A stretch of 63,875 nt of DNA, counting the filler, from Nemertoderma westbladi (lineage: Eukaryota > Animalia > Xenacoelomorpha), in NCBI GenBank assembly GCA_032718475.1. It is 3 parts of 3 records of this genome, joined end to end, with 100 filler letters (N's around TTAATTAATTAA, not from the genome) between each part and the next. Parts side by side here need not be neighbours in the genome. Positions count along the whole stretch, not along the records: positions 42,322 to 63,875 come from JAUCBJ010006068.1; 2 more parts are not named here. One strand, given 5' to 3'. Both the position numbers and the translations under genes were made by a program. Of this stretch, positions 59,808-63,875 are shown piece after piece. The notes beneath the pieces are model-generated. The model did no database searches. It was not told where the DNA came from and worked only from the letters and a program-made list of their open reading frames with translations. The stretch's first letter is position 1, and every line of letters begins with the position of its first letter.

Positions 59808-60842
59808 TTAGCCAATAAGGAAGCTGTACGGGTAACCATGGTATTTTGATTTGAATATACTGAGTAGCAAACTGAAGAAGATCACGACGATCGCTATACC
59901 GGCGATCGTGAGAATTCGTCGTTTACCCGCGAAGGATTTATTGCCTGCCGAGCCGCTGGGAGTCTCATTGAGCAGGATGAGGCCCAAAGTGATGGCGACG
60001 TTGAGGACAATAACGATGTGTGTCTCCGCGATGAACTGGCTCTGGGAGCCCGTGTTGATGTAGTGCACCTGCCCGGTCCGCTGGTCGGGCATCGCGTACG
60101 GCGGGCCCCGGATATGGTTCCACATCTGTCCGCTGGTCATCACGAAGATCACGGCCAGACAGCCGACCCCCCAGACGGTTTTATTGTAGAGGAAGTCGAG
60201 ATTGTTTCGACGTAGGAACAGGAGCGCGGCTACGAGGCTGAACATGAGACTGAGGGCGATTGTTCCTGAGTAGTTTGGGGGTCGGAAGACCCGAATGTGA
60301 ACGTCTGTTCGCTCGCCGATCCACTTAGAGATCGCTTCCGCAGAGAAACCAACCCGCTGTAGATCCATATTGTCACCTTTCTTCATCTTCCCTTTTGGAG
60401 GGAAGTGGATAAACATTGGTGCGGAATTCAACTTCAAACTGTTGAAGATTTCCTGGCCTTCATCGAAGTCGACGAGTGCGAAGAATAGCTGCGAGTTGAA
60501 GAAGTTCGAGTATCGCCAGGAGTTGGCAACGATCTGGAATTCCTCGTGGGCAGAGCGACAGATCTGGCAGCCGCGTTTTGGGTTGAGCGCCGTCAGCATT
60601 ACGATAACCGAGTAGGGTTTCGGAGAGGTCTTTACGTATTGTTTAAACTTCTCGGAGTTTAACCGGATTACCGGTCGTTTAGCCGACATTTCCTCGAGGA
60701 CTCGGACTCTCTCCTCTACTGGGTTCACTACGGCGCTCGGGTCTTTCCTTGCCGAACTCCGTGCGAATAGATTCACACCAACCAAGACGATCAGGGATAA
60801 ACCCAATAATTTGGCTTTGGAGTACTGCAACATTGGTGACAT
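59808..60842 (-). CDS. TUSC3: Oligosaccharyltransferase OST3/OST6-family subunit (TUSC3/MAGT1 co-ortholog)
   Basis: Signal peptide, thioredoxin-like [39 protein letters not shown], four TM segments and C-terminal [13 protein letters not shown]. Intronless. Confidence 0.95.
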   Translation of the reverse strand: MSPMLQYSKAKLLGLSLIVLVGVNLFARSSARKDPSAVVNPVEERVRVLEEMSAKRPVIRLNSEKFKQYVKTSPKPYSVIVMLTALNPKRGCQICRSAHEEFQIVANSWRYSNFFNSQLFFALVDFDEGQEIFNSLKLNSAPMFIHFPPKGKMKKGDNMDLQRVGFSAEAISKWIGERTDVHIRVFRPPNYSGTIALSLMFSLVAALLFLRRNNLDFLYNKTVWGVGCLAVIFVMTSGQMWNHIRGPPYAMPDQRTGQVHYINTGSQSQFIAETHIVIVLNVAITLGLILLNETPSGSAGNKSFAGKRRILTIAGIAIVVIFFSLLLSIFKSKYHGYPYSFLIG

Positions 60843-61746
60843 GTTCGTTGATTTGATAGAACGTGTACTGGTGTAGGCCTAAGCCGATCAATTAGGCCTA
60901 ACAGTATGAAATACAGACAGTTCGACTTAGAATTGGGGACGTTTCGTTGTCTTTCGATGTCCGGTATAATCCTACACCTACTGCTGTACTGCGCTGTAGG
61001 CCTACTGCTAATACAGTAATAATTCTGTCTATCTAGTGCTGTAATATTACACCGCACCGGCAGTGTGGCTTGAAACAGCGCTACAGCCTATGATGGGGTT
61101 GAGTCAGAGTCATGAATGTTTAATGTTTGTTAATATTAACTTGGCAAAGAAGGGGAAGTTTGTTCTCAAAATTAGCTTTATCGAATAAGGGAAAGGAGAC
61201 GGTTACAGATTGCAGTGGCACGTTATTCTAGCCAAAACAGGAGGCTTAAACCAATCTATAATATATTATTGTTACTACGATAATTACTTTCAGTTTGGTC
61301 TTTCTTTTGGTGTGCACGGGTTCCATAAGCATTATTATCTTTCTTATACAGTACCGGTACCCTAAACTATTAAACATTAAACAAACCACAGTCAATATAA
61401 CAAACAGGTTAGTTATAATTTTATTTTTGGGAGTAATCAGCTTTCATCAGTATTTAGCGAGCTTATAGTTTAGAAAGTTTTCATACAGTCTGACTTCTGA
61501 AGTTCATCTGTCTGGCGCAACGGGGCATAATGTAAAAACAAGCATTTCACTAATAGATAACTAGCTGGTGGAATTTAATAGTATTTGATTTGATACAAAT
61601 TTCAACATTTGTATACAGTAGGAGTAGGTCAATAAAATGTATAGGGCATACGCCGACAGATGGTCAGAGACCCACACCGTCTGTACCAGCCGCTAGAGGC
61701 CGACATAAATTTTTACTACCAGTTTAACGCAAACTTTATATGGGCC

Positions 61747-61880
61747 TCGTGCAGCACGAAGCTGCCACAAGGTGTTTTTCTTTGTTGACAATTCTTGCCA
61801 GAATGGACTCCGTGGTCCCACGACCTTTACGAAACCCATTCTGGTTTCCAAGTAACAGTGTCTCAATGGGATATCTGACC
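61747..61880 (-). mobile_element. Short RTE LINE fragment, third copy of the family
   Basis: Reverse complement of the GNQNGFRKGRGT region at ~27585-27715. Confidence 0.75.
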
Positions 61881-62819
61881 GGGATATTCAGAAGTTCAAT
61901 GACAAACCCGAATTGAAACTGGGGATATAAGAAGGATGGGAGTAATCAGCTGTTATTAGTGTTATTTTCTCCTGGAGAGGGATGAGCTTTGATTAAGTCC
62001 ACAGCCCCCCCCCCCCACCCCCCATATTTAAGTTTAAAATTGAAATGGAAATCTGAGATAAACGCAGTGCGATCGAAATATAAACTAATAATAATTATTA
62101 TTGTAATCAAATTTAGAAAACCACACAATTATAAAATATAATCTATACCGTTTATGAGCAAACGAACCTACTTAATTTTACCAAACTTTTGTATTCTTAT
62201 TACTAATAGAGGGCTCATAGCCCAAATGCTACATAAATATCCTTCTAAAACTAATTAACTGTTTCTGAAACAGCTAACCTTTACATTATACAAAATCAAT
62301 AATAATTATGCACCATTATGTAAAAGTAATATTAGCATGTTTGGCTTGTTGACAAGGCAGGTGTGCTATATATATAAAACCACACAAATTTAACTTACAA
62401 AATTATTAACTATGACACCCCCCACACCAAATCACGGAGAATATGGGAGCCGAAAAACCACAACTTCACGCGTAAATGAAATATTATTATTATTTTTAAT
62501 ATTAAATAATAATAAACATAAGTAAAATGTTATTCTGATGTTTAAATTTTTAATTTTGTTCCATTGCTAAAAATATAAAATTAAATTGACCAATGGGACG
62601 CTGTAGTATAAGTCTCAAACTGAATAATTAAAAATATTAAGAAAAAAATTCATAAACAAAATTTAAATAAAATTCATAAATAAAATTTAAATAAAACTCA
62701 TAATAAACCAATCAGCCAATATAATTAGAAATGCATTTAGTGCTATTCAGCACATACTTCGACGTCTTAAAAGGGGACCAACATACTCTAAATTATTCCC
62801 CCAAATAGTTTGACTATTC

Positions 62820-63875
62820 GGCAGCTCCAAACCAAAACCCAGTATGTACATTTTTTTTCGAAATCGATTTTTTTCGATTTTTTGGGCGCGTAGAATTCAT
62901 CTGACTCAGTTTCGAAACAATATCGCTAACCGTTTAATTAATTAATTAGCTAATTTAGAGCAAATACCACGTTGAAACACAGTAAATGCTATTTAATGGG
63001 TTTCGTTTATCCTTTCTGGTGTTATTTTGAAAAAGTTACTCCATCAAAACCCAGTATGTGCTCAAAAATCCCAAGATCCTACGCCAAAACCCAGTAACTG
63101 CACTTACTGGGTTTCGAGCAAAATTCTTTACTGGGTTTTCACATGGTATTTTCTAAACAAAATCGAGTATCGTTTCCGAAAGACAAATTGTCTTAAGTCA
63201 AAACCTAGTATATTGTCAATGTCAGATTTACCACGTCAAAACCCAGTAAACAGAGTTACTGGGTTTCTAGCAGTTTGAGATACTGGGTTTTGACGTGGGA
63301 TTTCCCAAATGCAGACACTATGCCAGACCAAAACCCAGTAACTCCGGCAACGCAACAGACGTAGACAAATAATTAAATGTTCTAGAATATTATATTCTAG
63401 AATGTTGCCCCTTTGTCTTCGCTAACCGTTGGCGAAGGAAGTCAGAGTTACTGGGTTTTGGCAAAGGGACTTGTCAGTTACTTGGTTTTGGCATGGGAAA
63501 GGTAACTGATTGGAAAAGTTAAATGTTAGTTTACTGGGTTTTGATGTGGGCAAATTAGTTACTGTGTTTTGAAGTGGGAATCATGACGTTACTGGGTATT
63601 GATGCATCAAAAATCGCAATTGTTTTATTTTCTACCATACCAAAACCGTACCAAAACCATACCAAAAGTCGATTTATATGAATAGTAAGGAATAAATTTA
63701 AAAAAACGTTTTGGCACTAATATATAAAAAATGTACAATTTGTAAAGGTACACAAAATTATAACTCATCAAATTAAACTTCAACCAAATGCCAGCTGTTT
63801 AAAGTCCAAAACTTTAAACGCGATTATCTCGAAAAGTCAAAAAATGTACTTACTGGGTTTTGGTTTTGAGCTGCC
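62820..63875. mobile_element. MITE with GGCAGCTC termini, ~35-bp TIRs and iterated AAAACCCAGTA subterminal motifs
   Basis: GGCAGCTCCAAACCAAAACCCAGTATGTACATTTT mirrors AAAATGTACTTACTGGGTTTTGGTTTTGAGCTGCC at the window end. Confidence 0.85.

Overview
AT-rich, repeat-dense animal genomic scaffold with two 100-bp N gaps. Recognisable host genes are all on the minus strand: intronless CFAP144/FAM183, the last four exons of a GH35 beta-galactosidase (GLB1-like), and an intronless OST3/OST6-family TUSC3/MAGT1 gene. Two intronless orphan ORFs (a 309-aa beta-propeller-like protein and a ~411-aa protein) are also present. The rest is mostly transposons: an RT/RNase H-less BEL/Pao relic with an extra ORF, a 5-kb non-autonomous Polinton/Maverick-like element (AGTAGT termini, 6-bp TSD), RTE, CR1/L2 and Gypsy fragments, MITEs, Helentron-like elements and a 2.1-kb local duplication. 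The most interesting feature is a 12.7-kb BEL/Pao provirus with both LTRs (42514-55250, TSD GGTTA). It has a non-tRNA primer site complementary to its own likely 5' end (Tf1-like self-priming). It carries a repeated RNA hairpin motif (AGUA/GAA loop-E-type internal loop, bulged A, GNRA-type loop) at six sites with unrelated but pairing stems, and a second cUUCGg hairpin array in U3. It also has an AUGA-coupled uORF and an env-position ORF with a DEDDy-exonuclease-like domain plus CCHC knuckles. All calls were made by eye; no searches or folding programs were run.
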